From the sequence record DRR723986_2974: 64,000 nt of DNA; one strand, 5' to 3'. Positions 39,916 through 50,699 of the stretch are shown piece after piece; position 1 is the stretch's first letter, and every line of letters begins with the position of its first letter. The translations under genes and the position numbers were made by a program. The notes under the pieces are model-generated. The model made no database searches. It was not told the origin of the DNA and saw nothing but the letters and a program-made list of their open reading frames with translations.

Positions 39916-42324
39916 TTAAGAACTGAGATCCACCCATGTCGAACCGGTTTCCTTGTAACCTTGATATCGTCCAAGCGTGCTGTTCAGAATGATCATTCCA
40001 TTCTTCTTCACCGCCAAAGCATCCCGTTCAGTGGTTGTTAGAACCGGGGCGAGTACAGCAGGTTGCTTAAACTCGTAAAAAGTGCCGGTCGCAACCGCAT
40101 CAAATTGAAACGCATCGGAGGTGCTGGCGAGTTTGCCGGCCTGGAACATTACACCTTGAGATCCAACCACCCTAAGCTGGAACAGTGACCCGGTTGTTCC
40201 GTCTGGTTCAATTTGGTAATCGAGACGAATACCGAAATTATCTCCGTATCTGAAACCGTAGTTTGCATAAACGTCAGTTCCATTAAGGAGTTCAATGCCA
40301 CCGGTCACATCATCAGTAGCGTTGTAGATAGCTTCTGATTTGAACGATGCTCCCTCGGTATCAAAACTCAGGTCAAAGCCATTGCCTTTTACATAATCCG
40401 TCTCATAAAAAACGTACCGATTGCGGGTGGACGCGCTGAAAGTACAGTTTAGTTTGCATGACGTGATGTTTCTGATCCGAACACCTTCACCGTCAAATCC
40501 TGTGACGCCATCGGACCCGCCATTCACATAGATATGGATCACGGAATTATGCAGCGATTCAGTAGAGCTACCTAGCTGGACGCAATACTCGCTATCGCCA
40601 ATTGCCAGTCGTTCGTCTGAGAACCCTTCAAAATATCCATCAATGTTGATGGTGTTGCCAGACACCCACAAGTTAATGTCATGGTTATATTCCGAAATAG
40701 ATGCGATAATCTTCCCGTGCTGGGCATGAGAGATCCGCCAACCGCCTGCGCTTCCGTCTGTAGAACCGCACCCGGTAACCTCTATGTTTGAGCACTCCCA
40801 AGCATTATTTTGGGCATTTACACCATACTGGTGAATCCCCCAGCCCGAGCAGTTCCTGACGAAAACGGATGCAAACTTATATGACCAACAGTCATAGCAG
40901 TTGACACCCTTGCCGGCGCAGTCGAAGACGTAGATCGCTTCAAGCGCACAGTTCCTTGTGAATCGCTCCAGCTCAAAACCACTTGTCGCAATGCCACCGC
41001 CATCGATCGAAAAATCTCGGAACTTCAGATTTTCCATCGACCCGGCGATAACACGATCGGCAAGAAGGGTTTTAACCACAGAAGACGCCGACAAGGCAAC
41101 GAACCCGGTATCACCACCAAGACCAACCACATTCATATTCTTGTAGTTGAACTCAATCGACGTGACACCGTACCTTGAGATGGCGCCAACGTCCGCACCA
41201 GTCGCACCGGCCGCATTCACACATGCTTGCACCGGGGTCGTGTCGTCGGTGGAATAGTGGTATTCGGCACCAGAGACGGTAGTGCTCGCAGCATCAGTTA
41301 GCTCAACACTCGTGCCGCTGTTGATACTTGCAATCGTGGTTGCCAGAGCCGCCCCTGACACACCAGCGCCTGCGACGACAATCGATTTACCAATGTCGCC
41401 AGCAGCAAACGCCGCACCAGCGGAAGTGAAGGTATTGTCACTTGCCGTGATAGCTCCGTCAGAACCATCCACTACATCGCCAGCAGCGCCAAAATCTTCT
41501 GGCGTAAATTTTACTGCAAATCGATCAGACAAGGATCGTGGCGTTGTAGCACCTGTTGAAATTACGGACGACAAAGTGCTGAAATCGACGACAAGCAACC
41601 ATGGGTCAGGACTTCCAGCCCCAGGCTCCTCGTTAAGAGAACTCGGCGTCGTTTGATAGTATAGTTTGTTGTTGTGCGTGGCGAACTGAGCTTCGGTATA
41701 AGTGACGCCGGCGTCCCAAGTGCCCTGAAAATCCATAGTTGCCCCGGCCTGGGAGCTGACGAGTTGTCTGATCTCGCTACTGGAGGCCTTGAAGAATAAA
41801 GTACCGACGTTTTCAATTACATCGCCTGGAGCCAGGTTAGCCCCTGAAGAAGATTTGACATCAAAAGTCGTTTCGCCACCATTCAGGGTAATGCTCATTG
41901 CGCCAGAAGTGTTTGTTCCCGGTGGTGCAGGCAATAGGAACAGCTGTACCTCTGCCGGATCGACACCCGATTTTGTGTCAGCCGTGATAGCATTTGCTGT
42001 GCCGCCTACATTGGTAAGCACAGCAGCCGTATCAGGAAGCCCACGCAACTTGGTCCACGTCGACCCATCCTCATCCCAAGCATAAATGCCGTTGTTGCTT
42101 CCTGTGCTATCATCGACGACCCAACCGGGAGCATTGTCTACTTTGTCAATGATTGAATCTAGCTCGGCCTTGGTTGAAACCATAACGGCGCCAGACGCTG
42201 CCATGGTTTCGAGTGTGCCAAGGTACTGCCTCTGTTCAATCTTCTTCGGCTCTTTAATGCCAGAACCAGGAACGCCTTCGGTGTTGTAATCACCCCACGC
42301 GATTTCTTTGGTGATGACGGCCAT
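39916..42324 (-). CDS. Tail spike / receptor-binding protein with pectate-lyase-like beta-helix
   Basis: PEDFGAAGD..TDDT motif, beta-helix-like repeats, last tail gene. Confidence 0.8.
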   Translation of the reverse strand: MAVITKEIAWGDYNTEGVPGSGIKEPKKIEQRQYLGTLETMAASGAVMVSTKAELDSIIDKVDNAPGWVVDDSTGSNNGIYAWDEDGSTWTKLRGLPDTAAVLTNVGGTANAITADTKSGVDPAEVQLFLLPAPPGTNTSGAMSITLNGGETTFDVKSSSGANLAPGDVIENVGTLFFKASSSEIRQLVSSQAGATMDFQGTWDAGVTYTEAQFATHNNKLYYQTTPSSLNEEPGAGSPDPWLLVVDFSTLSSVISTGATTPRSLSDRFAVKFTPEDFGAAGDVVDGSDGAITASDNTFTSAGAAFAAGDIGKSIVVAGAGVSGAALATTIASINSGTSVELTDAASTTVSGAEYHYSTDDTTPVQACVNAAGATGADVGAISRYGVTSIEFNYKNMNVVGLGGDTGFVALSASSVVKTLLADRVIAGSMENLKFRDFSIDGGGIATSGFELERFTRNCALEAIYVFDCAGKGVNCYDCWSYKFASVFVRNCSGWGIHQYGVNAQNNAWECSNIEVTGCGSTDGSAGGWRISHAQHGKIIASISEYNHDINLWVSGNTINIDGYFEGFSDERLAIGDSEYCVQLGSSTESLHNSVIHIYVNGGSDGVTGFDGEGVRIRNITSCKLNCTFSASTRNRYVFYETDYVKGNGFDLSFDTEGASFKSEAIYNATDDVTGGIELLNGTDVYANYGFRYGDNFGIRLDYQIEPDGTTGSLFQLRVVGSQGVMFQAGKLASTSDAFQFDAVATGTFYEFKQPAVLAPVLTTTERDALAVKKNGMIILNSTLGRYQGYKETGSTWVDLSS

Positions 42325-42394
42325 GTAAGCTTACTCCAAGCACGAAAGGGCCACTCAAAAGCGGCGTGTTCACTTGTTCGATTGTCTGGTTTGA

Positions 42395-44482
42395 TCAGGT
42401 CACAGTGACCGGGTTTGACGCCGCAGCGACTTCACCGCTTTCCACGCCGGAGCCGTTAGCGGCTGTGATCCAATAATAGTAGTCGTCGGCGCTAAGGCCG
42501 GTGTCGTCATACGTCTCAACACCCGTGTAGAGAGTTGCGACGAGTGATGCCGAACCGAACGTATTGACCGTGTTTCGATAGATCTTGAGCGCTTCAACGT
42601 TGGCGCTGTTCGGATTAACCCACGTGATCGTCGACTGACCACTTCCTCCAGTCGCATCAACGCCTGTCGGCGCATTGGGCGCGGTCGGATCTGCTGTCGC
42701 TGTCAACGTGATGTAGTTTGTCCAGTCACCGTAAGACGCCGCGGTATCACGTGCGCGCATGCGGAATTTGTATTCCACGCCATCAACGAGCGTGCTGGTC
42801 TGGATCTCTTCAACTCCGCCTTGTGCGGTCAGGTTGTAGACAGCACCACCACTTGTGGCCGTGAACTCAAGCTCATAGATCAGCAGGTCGCTTTCGCTGT
42901 CGAACGTGGCTAGCGCATAAGGGCCGGCATTGATGTTGACGGCGAAATTGTTGACATCAGGAATGCCGCCAGAGCCGATCTTGACAGGAACCCCACCTGG
43001 CTCGCCCTCTTCGGTTGCTGCGTCGAATTCGTAGAGCGTTGACGGAACCACAATGCCTTCAAACCGGTATTGCAGCTCCGGATAAAGAACCAGCTCAGGC
43101 TTTCCGAGAATTTCAACATAAGCCTCAACAAGCTGCGGTGGTTTGGTCACCTTCACGAAGCGACGGAACGGCAGGTTTTCAGCCGCCCAGAAGTCGCATG
43201 AGATGAACACTCGCGGTGCACGTGAGCGGATGTAACGAAGCTTCTGAAGACGCTGTATGTGGTTGTGTTTGTCGACGCATTGATTGTCTACGGTTCGCGT
43301 GCGCTCGTCTTCATCCGAAACATACGGTTCGCCATAGATTGCAGCATCAACCGTATTGTAGTCCTGGTCAGGATCGATCCATCGACCACGCGTGGCAATA
43401 ACGCTTTCAGCCGGATTGCGGTTGGCCGAATATTCGAAAGACGAAATATCGCCCTTCTGAATATGGATGTCTGGCTCTACCCATTTGCCTGGGTGGACGG
43501 CAATCTTGCCGTTTGCATCCTCGTAGAGAACCGCGTCTGCGGCTTCATCGATCTCTCGGCCGATCTCTACGGGGTCATTTTCATATCTCGCCCAGAATCC
43601 GCCGTGATAGCGTTTCTCTGTTTCATCGTTGCGGTTGGTAACGTTCTCGTCGCAGACATCAGCGAAAGCCGCAAAGCTGGCTGTGTTGATGTCATCGATC
43701 GACTGCTTGCCGCCATAAGGTGCAAGCAAATGGTCGAGCCGGATAAGCCCTAGGTTCTCGGAATACGCGGTCGTTTCGGTGCGAGGATCGTAAAGCTTCT
43801 TACCCTTCACGACTGCATTGTGGGACGGCATGCCGGACGGGAACACTGTTGTGTAATCGTTGGCGCTGACGCTATCGACAGACATGCGCACGCTGGCCAG
43901 CCCGTCGCCGCGATAATCGTTGCCCCAGATGCTGGAAAACGTGCTGACGATATCGGAGTAAGCTGTTTCAGCAGCAACGCCACGTCGCGTCAGAATACGG
44001 ACTTTGTAGCTCGACCCGATCTTGTAATATTTGTCCGCGCCTTCGTCCGGACTGTCCACGCTCGTGACATATCCGGAACCGTTTAGCGTTGCGACACTAT
44101 CGCCAAGGTAGTGCTTGACGTACCCATCTATCTCATGGGCGGCATGAACGATGATATGGTAGGCAGTTCCACCTTTCTCTTCCAAAAGGACGTAATCGCC
44201 ACCCTTCTTCCGCGTGCCATAGACGAACGCAAGCGATGGAACATTCTGCTTCAGATTGTATTTGCCATCTTCCGGCGTTGGTAGACGCGGAACATCCGGC
44301 CGACGATTTTGACCAAGCAACGACGACGACAGATAGGACGCGCCGGCGGCAAGACCGAAACCGACAGCGGTTGTGAAGATGGAGCCGGCCAGACCGACGC
44401 CTGCCACCGTGTTGACGATAGCAAGCGGTGCGCCGATGTTGAACAGAACACCAGCGACCGGCAGAAGAAGTGCTTGAGGCAT
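42395..44482 (-). CDS. Tail tip / host-specificity protein with C-terminal FN3-like domains
   Basis: VYG, KGKKLYDPR, FN3-like YKFRMRAR and YYYWITA.N. Confidence 0.8.
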   Translation of the reverse strand: MPQALLLPVAGVLFNIGAPLAIVNTVAGVGLAGSIFTTAVGFGLAAGASYLSSSLLGQNRRPDVPRLPTPEDGKYNLKQNVPSLAFVYGTRKKGGDYVLLEEKGGTAYHIIVHAAHEIDGYVKHYLGDSVATLNGSGYVTSVDSPDEGADKYYKIGSSYKVRILTRRGVAAETAYSDIVSTFSSIWGNDYRGDGLASVRMSVDSVSANDYTTVFPSGMPSHNAVVKGKKLYDPRTETTAYSENLGLIRLDHLLAPYGGKQSIDDINTASFAAFADVCDENVTNRNDETEKRYHGGFWARYENDPVEIGREIDEAADAVLYEDANGKIAVHPGKWVEPDIHIQKGDISSFEYSANRNPAESVIATRGRWIDPDQDYNTVDAAIYGEPYVSDEDERTRTVDNQCVDKHNHIQRLQKLRYIRSRAPRVFISCDFWAAENLPFRRFVKVTKPPQLVEAYVEILGKPELVLYPELQYRFEGIVVPSTLYEFDAATEEGEPGGVPVKIGSGGIPDVNNFAVNINAGPYALATFDSESDLLIYELEFTATSGGAVYNLTAQGGVEEIQTSTLVDGVEYKFRMRARDTAASYGDWTNYITLTATADPTAPNAPTGVDATGGSGQSTITWVNPNSANVEALKIYRNTVNTFGSASLVATLYTGVETYDDTGLSADDYYYWITAANGSGVESGEVAAASNPVTVT

Positions 44483-44872
44483 TCAGACGGCCCAGATTTT
44501 CAATGGTCTTGCTGTGATCGCGGTAAAGCCGTCCTTGAGACGAACTTGCCATCTCGCGCCATCCCAGATCGCGCCCCATTGGCGATACATATTGTCAGCG
44601 CTGCCGATGACGGCGATTGCACCCATGTGCTGCCTCTGGATCTGCTTGCACCCGGCAACGGATGCGCAATGGCTGACGATGCCGACAACGTCGCCATACG
44701 TTGAAATCAGCGCATACATGTCGGCCTCGTTGTCATATTGTCCGCGCAGGTCCACCGCGCCGTCCTCATAGCCCTTGGCAACAGCCCAATCGGCAAGTGC
44801 CAGGCAGCAATCAGACACTCCATAATCAAACGGCTCTGTCTCGTATGAGGTCTTCCACTGTGCGAAGGTCAT
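44483..44872 (-). CDS. Tail tip NlpC/P60-like protein
   Basis: PFDYGVSDCC..ADW motif. Confidence 0.7.
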   Translation of the reverse strand: MTFAQWKTSYETEPFDYGVSDCCLALADWAVAKGYEDGAVDLRGQYDNEADMYALISTYGDVVGIVSHCASVAGCKQIQRQHMGAIAVIGSADNMYRQWGAIWDGARWQVRLKDGFTAITARPLKIWAV

Positions 44873-45462
44873 GAGAAGCGCGGCCAGTTCAGCGTGCGGT
44901 CAGACATCAGAGGGACACGCTCGCAGAACTTGTCGGGATTGCCCGAAGGATTGAGGGCGGCAGAGCGCGCCTTCTGGTCTGCATCAGACAGAACGGAACC
45001 TGAGTTCAGACGACGTAGGTTGTTGCGGTTCGCAACCGTGATGCCGACTTGATAAAGGTTCTGCTTTTCGTTCTCGTTTTTCTGCTCGACGGTATCGCGG
45101 AACTTCACGTCGATGATTTCGCCCGTGAAACGGACAACCGGGGGTGTCCCGTCCGGCTGGCCATATTCGTCGCAAGTCTGCGTGAGCACCTGAAACACAG
45201 AACCGATCACGTCATCATTCTGCGTTTCCTGATAGGCGATATCAGAGAAGTCGCTTGATGTTCCCGCCATCCAGGCCTCGAACGTCACCAACTCGCCCGC
45301 AAAGGCGTACTGGAGTGATTTCAGTGCTTCGGATGAAAGGTCTCCACCCCCCTTCCACGTGTAGCCGTCAGCGTCCATAAATGGGCCGCTGCCACACCAA
45401 AGGCGTCGGGTACCGGCCGGAAAGTCCAACCGGACGAGAATTTTCAGGGATCGTCTTGCCAT
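44869..45462 (-). CDS. Minor tail protein
   Basis: RLDF..G..RLW.G.G, DQK.R..DKFCE; synteny. Confidence 0.7.
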   Translation of the reverse strand: MARRSLKILVRLDFPAGTRRLWCGSGPFMDADGYTWKGGGDLSSEALKSLQYAFAGELVTFEAWMAGTSSDFSDIAYQETQNDDVIGSVFQVLTQTCDEYGQPDGTPPVVRFTGEIIDVKFRDTVEQKNENEKQNLYQVGITVANRNNLRRLNSGSVLSDADQKARSAALNPSGNPDKFCERVPLMSDRTLNWPRFS

Positions 45463-46169
45463 CAGGAGGTCGCCAGGTCATTCCAGTAATCAACGGCTTC
45501 AACGAGCCGGATCGTTGGAGTTGCAAGCCGGTTCGGCGTCTCGCGCACGCTCATTTCGGTATCGCTTTCAAGCCGCATCAGACACATCGGGTCGTCGGAT
45601 TCCAGATCCGCACCCGCAGGGATTGCCTGCCGGATTGCCGGGAATATGCGCATCTGCCAGACATCACCGGTTTTGTTGATCAACTCTCCGGTCTGATACA
45701 TCGCGTATTGATAGGAAAAACGAATGCCTGTCAGGTCGTCGCCTGCGTTGACGGATCGGATTGAAACGACCGTTGCGCCAAGAACCGCAGCCGTCGACAT
45801 TTTCAGGTCGATGGATCGTGTTCGGTACTGCGTACCATCCGAAAACGTAGAACCGTCAGAATGCGGTGTAAGGCTTGGTTTGCTCGGAACGCCGCCGACA
45901 TAAGGCGCTGTGAATTTCTCGTTTGCTGGTACCGCAATGATGCCAGATCGACCGTTCAGATATGTGGCAATTGCTCGCCACACACGCCATTCGTTTGGAT
46001 AGTAAAGCGGGATCGGGCCGATTTCAGCGCGCCACTTCCCCAAATCCGTTTGCGTTATTGTCTCGTTGTTCTCGAGAGACGTGCCACCGGATCTGGAAAA
46101 GGTTTCTTCAACAAACTCGCAGCCGCCAAGCTTCAGGACGGATTTAGGCCAAACTCTGAAATCAGCCAC
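45462..46169 (-). CDS. Distal tail-like protein
   Basis: Follows tape measure; probable GTG start at 46169. Confidence 0.65.
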   Translation of the reverse strand: MADFRVWPKSVLKLGGCEFVEETFSRSGGTSLENNETITQTDLGKWRAEIGPIPLYYPNEWRVWRAIATYLNGRSGIIAVPANEKFTAPYVGGVPSKPSLTPHSDGSTFSDGTQYRTRSIDLKMSTAAVLGATVVSIRSVNAGDDLTGIRFSYQYAMYQTGELINKTGDVWQMRIFPAIRQAIPAGADLESDDPMCLMRLESDTEMSVRETPNRLATPTIRLVEAVDYWNDLATS

Positions 46170-48426
46170 GGCGATAATCACCCCCGCCCTTGTAATTTGC
46201 GTCTGCGACCGCTCCAGGCGCGGCAGCACTCGCCTTACTGACGATTCCATTCGAGGCCGCGCTTATGATCTGCACGCTCTGCTTGGCGGCGTCTTGCAGA
46301 ATGTCAGCCTTCAGACCTTCAGACAGCTCGATACGAACAAGGCTCAAGCCGCCTGAATTGTTATCATTGGTCGCAACACCAAGCTTGCCATCCTTGCCGC
46401 GCCTGAGCGGCATGATTGCTTCTGGTCCAGCCTCACCCATGACACCGGTGCGGCCGCCTGCCATGGAAAACGGAGTTGGACCAGAGACGACGCCGCCCGA
46501 TGCAAACGGGATGACGTTGCCTCTGGAGAACGCAGCTCCTTTGGCAAACCCGAAAATCGATCCAATACCGGACAGCAGGGAACCGAAGATACCGCCTCCC
46601 CCACCACTGGCACCGCCGGCGCCGAGAAAGAGGTTATCGAACAGACGCTGAGAACCGAACTCAATCAGCTTGTCCGCGATCTTGTTGATGGCGTTCAAAC
46701 CGGCCTGGGCGAAGGACTCCCAGAAGCCTTTCCCGTTCCGGAGGTTTCCGGCGACGTCACTGAAGAACCCTTGGAAAATGCCACGGCTGGTCTGGATCGC
46801 ATCAGCAGTCCGCTTGGTCGCGACTTCAGTTGCCGCCATTTCAGCTGCCAAGCCTTCGAGTTGCACCTTCTGCTGAGGTGTCAGCTTCAAACCGGCTTCA
46901 CGGGCCTTGTTCAGAAGCTCGGTCTGGTACCGGAGTTTGAGTGCTGCCTCTTCGGTCAGGAACAGAGCATCCCGTTCCGCCTTGTTCGCAGCAATGGTGC
47001 TCTGTGCCCCTTCAACGATCTTGCTGTACCGTTGGGCAGCTTTTCCCCCGGCCTTGTCTTCTTCCTCACCGAGCTTTCTGACATCGGCAGCAAGCTCTTT
47101 CAGTTTCGCAGAAGCCTTCGAAGCTCCTGCAGAAATGGCATCGCCGATCTTGCTGACATAGTCCGCGCCCTGAGCATTCTGGAATGCACCGAAGGCATCA
47201 ACCGCGGCGTTCCCCACCGCGCCTTCATACGGGTTTTCGACCCGACCCAGATTGACCTCACCGACGCTTCCAACAGCGAGCTCAGCACCAAAAGCCGCGG
47301 CTTGAAGTGGGGCCGGAAGTGATGATTTCAGGTTACTCAGAAGGCTGTGCATGGCCTGGATGACCTTGTTGATCATCGCCTCGATGCCAGCAATCACCGC
47401 ATTCGCCGTGCTGAAAACGATATCGCCCAGCACCCCAGGCAGTTTGGACCACACCGCCTCGACGGCCTCGAATGCACCAACGAAACCACCAATGATGAGG
47501 TTGACCCCATCCTTGATGATACCGATGACGTCGACGCCGATAGCCTTTTTGACCTCGTCCCTGAATACATACAACGCCGTCACGGCAATCGTGATACCGG
47601 CAACAAGGGCGGTGAATGGATTTGCGAGTGCAGCAGCTGCTACGGCTCGCAGAGCCCCGACCACACCCACCATCAGCGTCCGTGACAGCAGGAGCAGGCT
47701 TCGGATTAACCTCGGACCGAACGCCACAAGCATCACCGCCCCGGCAATCGCAGCCTCATCGGCAACGACCGGAAGAACAGCTGCTATCGTATCCAGTACA
47801 GTTGCGGCGAGCTTCGCCCAGTTCACCATCTGCAACGCCGCGGCGGCGAGTGCCGTCAGACCGATCGCGACGATGGATAGAGGTGAGAAAAGCGACTTGA
47901 AGGCCTGTCCCAGCACACTGACCGCAGATCCACCACCTTGGACCGCCATTTCCATCTGCCCCGCAATCTGCGTGCCCTGCTGGAGAGCAATCAGCATCGG
48001 GTTCATACCCATTGCAGCGGTAACCCCGATATCCTGGAACTGCGCGGCAAGGCCTGACATGCTGCCACCCATCCGGCGACTGTTGTCGTTCGCTGATCTC
48101 GCCGTCGCCGCTGCCATCTGGTTCGCCTTGGCACTGGCGTAGGCCGCCTTTTCCGCATCATACAAGGCCCGCGCCTGCGCTGTTGCGGCCTTGGCGCTGC
48201 CAAGCGCGGCCTGGGCTGCCTTCACATCAGCACGGGAGGCGGTTTCCGATGCGCGTGCAGCGGCAAGGGCGGCGGCCGACTTCGCCTGTTCCGCCTTTGC
48301 ATGGTTCAGTGCTGCCTGAGCCGCGTTCTTTGCAGATCCGCTGAGTTTGTCCAGGGCGCGAGCACCCCGATCAACGGGTCCACTATCGACGGCAAGACCA
48401 AGTTCGGCGACGTCCATTCCTGCCAT
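46162..48426 (-). CDS. Tail tape measure protein
   Basis: Ala/Gly-rich, AAQFQDIGV..ALQQGTQI, GEAGPEAIMPL. Confidence 0.92.
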   Translation of the reverse strand: MAGMDVAELGLAVDSGPVDRGARALDKLSGSAKNAAQAALNHAKAEQAKSAAALAAARASETASRADVKAAQAALGSAKAATAQARALYDAEKAAYASAKANQMAAATARSANDNSRRMGGSMSGLAAQFQDIGVTAAMGMNPMLIALQQGTQIAGQMEMAVQGGGSAVSVLGQAFKSLFSPLSIVAIGLTALAAAALQMVNWAKLAATVLDTIAAVLPVVADEAAIAGAVMLVAFGPRLIRSLLLLSRTLMVGVVGALRAVAAAALANPFTALVAGITIAVTALYVFRDEVKKAIGVDVIGIIKDGVNLIIGGFVGAFEAVEAVWSKLPGVLGDIVFSTANAVIAGIEAMINKVIQAMHSLLSNLKSSLPAPLQAAAFGAELAVGSVGEVNLGRVENPYEGAVGNAAVDAFGAFQNAQGADYVSKIGDAISAGASKASAKLKELAADVRKLGEEEDKAGGKAAQRYSKIVEGAQSTIAANKAERDALFLTEEAALKLRYQTELLNKAREAGLKLTPQQKVQLEGLAAEMAATEVATKRTADAIQTSRGIFQGFFSDVAGNLRNGKGFWESFAQAGLNAINKIADKLIEFGSQRLFDNLFLGAGGASGGGGGIFGSLLSGIGSIFGFAKGAAFSRGNVIPFASGGVVSGPTPFSMAGGRTGVMGEAGPEAIMPLRRGKDGKLGVATNDNNSGGLSLVRIELSEGLKADILQDAAKQSVQIISAASNGIVSKASAAAPGAVADANYKGGGDYRRG

Positions 48427-48816
48427 TTACGTTTTCTCCGTTTCCCGGCGCCGCTGTTCCTGGGCATCAAACTCTTCCGCAAGAGCTTCGAGATATGCTC
48501 TGTCCACGGATTTCAGCATGGTGACTTCAGATTGCTGGATCGGTTCTCCGGTCAGCTCGATCCAAGCCTTGATTTCGGAATAGGAAATCGGCATCGGGCC
48601 ACCCTGACCGTACTGACGGGCCGAGGAGAGATCACACCACCACTGCCAGAGCTGATACCATTCAGGATCCGGTCGAACCGGTTCAGGAGAGAGATGTTCC
48701 ATCCCGAACCGCTCATTCCGTTCCCGCCTGGTCTCACCGAGATGGTCAGGTGTTTCGTACCGTGCAATCTGAGCGACCGCCCGGCACAGCTCTTCCTCTA
48801 TTTCCCGGGAAAATTT
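48427..48816 (-). CDS. Tail assembly chaperone, -1 frame extension (gpT-like)
   Basis: Frame open from the slippery site at 48816 through ORF 48427-48702 (PISYSEIKAW). Confidence 0.75.
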   Translation of the reverse strand, partial: KFSREIEEELCRAVAQIARYETPDHLGETRRERNERFGMEHLSPEPVRPDPEWYQLWQWWCDLSSARQYGQGGPMPISYSEIKAWIELTGEPIQQSEVTMLKSVDRAYLEALAEEFDAQEQRRRETEKT

Positions 48817-49181
48817 GCGAGATCTCCCGCAGCCTCCACGACCTGCGGAAAGAACCAGTCGACGTCGTCAAGGACTTCCATAGCCGTGTCCATGGTGAGC
48901 TCCGGAACCTCGCCATTGAAGGTATTTTCACCCCAATCCCAGGAGGCGATGTAGGACGCGGCCTTTTCCAGTTCCTGTTTGATGGCCTTTTCGCCGTGCA
49001 AGAGCTTCCCCTTCTGCTGGCGTTCGATGAACCGGCTGGTCTGTTTCCGCTGCAAGGCCTTGGCCTCAGGGCTGGAAGACGACCTGATCATGAACCGGAT
49101 ACCGATCTTTTCGCCGGTATCCGGGCGAACCAGATCCAGAGGAAACAGGGATTCCGTGTTGAAGAGTTTAGTGATTTCCAT
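48798..49181 (-). CDS. Tail assembly chaperone (gpG-like)
   Basis: Between tail tube and tape measure; ends in a slippery heptamer. Confidence 0.8.
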   Translation of the reverse strand: MEITKLFNTESLFPLDLVRPDTGEKIGIRFMIRSSSSPEAKALQRKQTSRFIERQQKGKLLHGEKAIKQELEKAASYIASWDWGENTFNGEVPELTMDTAMEVLDDVDWFFPQVVEAAGDLANFPGK

Positions 49182-49195
49182 TCCAAGCTCCCCCT

Positions 49196-49954
49196 TTACG
49201 AAACAGCGGCAGTAGCAGCGGAAACGGCTGCGGTGCTACCAAAGGCATTGGTAGCCGTAACTTCGACCGTGATGGCACCGCCGGACTGGGCACCGGTCAG
49301 GGTGAACGTGCTCTCCGTTGCACCTGAGATTTCCACCGCGTCATCGAACCACTGGTAGGTATACGTGACGCCAGGGTCCAAGCTGTCCCAGACACCATTG
49401 CTCGTCGACAAAACCTCGCCGACGGTTGGGGTGCCCGTGATCTCGGGAACGCTGTCGTTCGTCGGAGCGGCACCCGTGGTCGGAGCCTGTTCAACCGGAA
49501 CCTGATTCAGACCAACAGTGACGCGGCGACGTTCGAAATCGTCGGTGCCACCGCCGAGTTTCGTCGGACCGGAGACAACACCACGGGAATAGAAAACAGT
49601 CCTGGTCTGGGTGCTCGATGGCGCATCGTTCGGCTGGTAGCAGATCGCCATATTGTCGAGCTGGTTCGGATCGCCGAACGTCTTCAGAATACCTTGGCCA
49701 GGATCATCATGGATATCGGCATATTCGAGCGTCGGATCGCCTGCGTTGCCGGTGCCCTTCTGCTTGGTGGTGATGGCATCGGCCAACGTGTCGTAAGACA
49801 CGATATTCGAGCTGACACCGAAGTCACCATCGGTGCCGACGTTCTTGACCTCAGACCAGGGCAGCATGCGGTACTGAGCCTCGGTGAGGTCATCGTTCTG
49901 CGCAGTAGCACAGACAAACCAGCGGGCACCCTTCTTGGTGGTTTTGCGAGCCAT
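49196..49954 (-). CDS. Major tail tube protein with C-terminal Ig-like domain
   Basis: KQKGTGNAGD..DPGQ; P.ITGTP.VG..YTYQW...VTATN. Confidence 0.85.
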   Translation of the reverse strand: MARKTTKKGARWFVCATAQNDDLTEAQYRMLPWSEVKNVGTDGDFGVSSNIVSYDTLADAITTKQKGTGNAGDPTLEYADIHDDPGQGILKTFGDPNQLDNMAICYQPNDAPSSTQTRTVFYSRGVVSGPTKLGGGTDDFERRRVTVGLNQVPVEQAPTTGAAPTNDSVPEITGTPTVGEVLSTSNGVWDSLDPGVTYTYQWFDDAVEISGATESTFTLTGAQSGGAITVEVTATNAFGSTAAVSAATAAVS

Positions 49955-50002
49955 TACAAAGAATTCCTTCTGCACATGAAAAAGGCCGCCGCAGCGACCC
50001 GG

Positions 50003-50440
50003 TTAACCTTCCTGTCCGAAGGCGTAATAGCGGACACTGACCGGCCATCTGGTCCGGTCTCCGTCCGGGATCTTGGGAGACGCCCACGGTGGTCTGTCGA
50101 TGGTCACGGTGACCGATCCATCAACCGAGTGAAGCTTCTGATCCTTGAAGTGGGCGATGATATCCCCAGCGACGTCTAGCGCCCTGATGACGCCATATCC
50201 AGACTTCCAGAGAACGGTGACTTGGAAGATACCCCTGTGCTGCTGGGGTTCGCTTCCCATCGTTACTTGTTCGGTCCGGTTCGGGATGAACTCGACCTCG
50301 AGGTAATTTTCCGGTTTGGCGTCCCCCCCGGCTGGGAAGTCGATATCGGGCAGTGCGATCTGAAGTGCCGGCGCAAAGGTCAGCAACTTCAAGTGAGCGT
50401 ACAGCGTTTCGAGGATCTTGCCTTCGATGCCCGTTGCCAT
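50003..50440 (-). CDS. Tail terminator-like protein
   Basis: GIFQVTV, PVSVRY; synteny. Confidence 0.75.
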   Translation of the reverse strand: MATGIEGKILETLYAHLKLLTFAPALQIALPDIDFPAGGDAKPENYLEVEFIPNRTEQVTMGSEPQQHRGIFQVTVLWKSGYGVIRALDVAGDIIAHFKDQKLHSVDGSVTVTIDRPPWASPKIPDGDRTRWPVSVRYYAFGQEG

Positions 50441-50442
50441 TG

Positions 50443-50688
50443 TCAGGCGTCCTCTGTCACGATCTTGACGGTGCCGTAGGCGATTTCCGTCGCGACCTGA
50501 TCGTCTTCAATCATGAACTCCCCGGCCATGTCCCTTTTGATGAAGGTCACGAATCCACGCTCCTCATCAGCTGTGACGACGCTCTCAATTGCCTTTCCGT
50601 TCAGAAAAATCATGGGTTTTTTTCCGTCACGGCACAGTTGGCGATATGTTAGAAAGCCTGGGTCGCCCTCATGCACAGACAGCCGCAT
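50443..50688 (-). CDS. Hypothetical phage protein (81 aa)
   Basis: AGGAGA RBS before ATG 50688; MRLSV..DPG..VTADEERG. Confidence 0.7.
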   Translation of the reverse strand: MRLSVHEGDPGFLTYRQLCRDGKKPMIFLNGKAIESVVTADEERGFVTFIKRDMAGEFMIEDDQVATEIAYGTVKIVTEDA

Positions 50689-50699
50689 TGGAATTCTCC

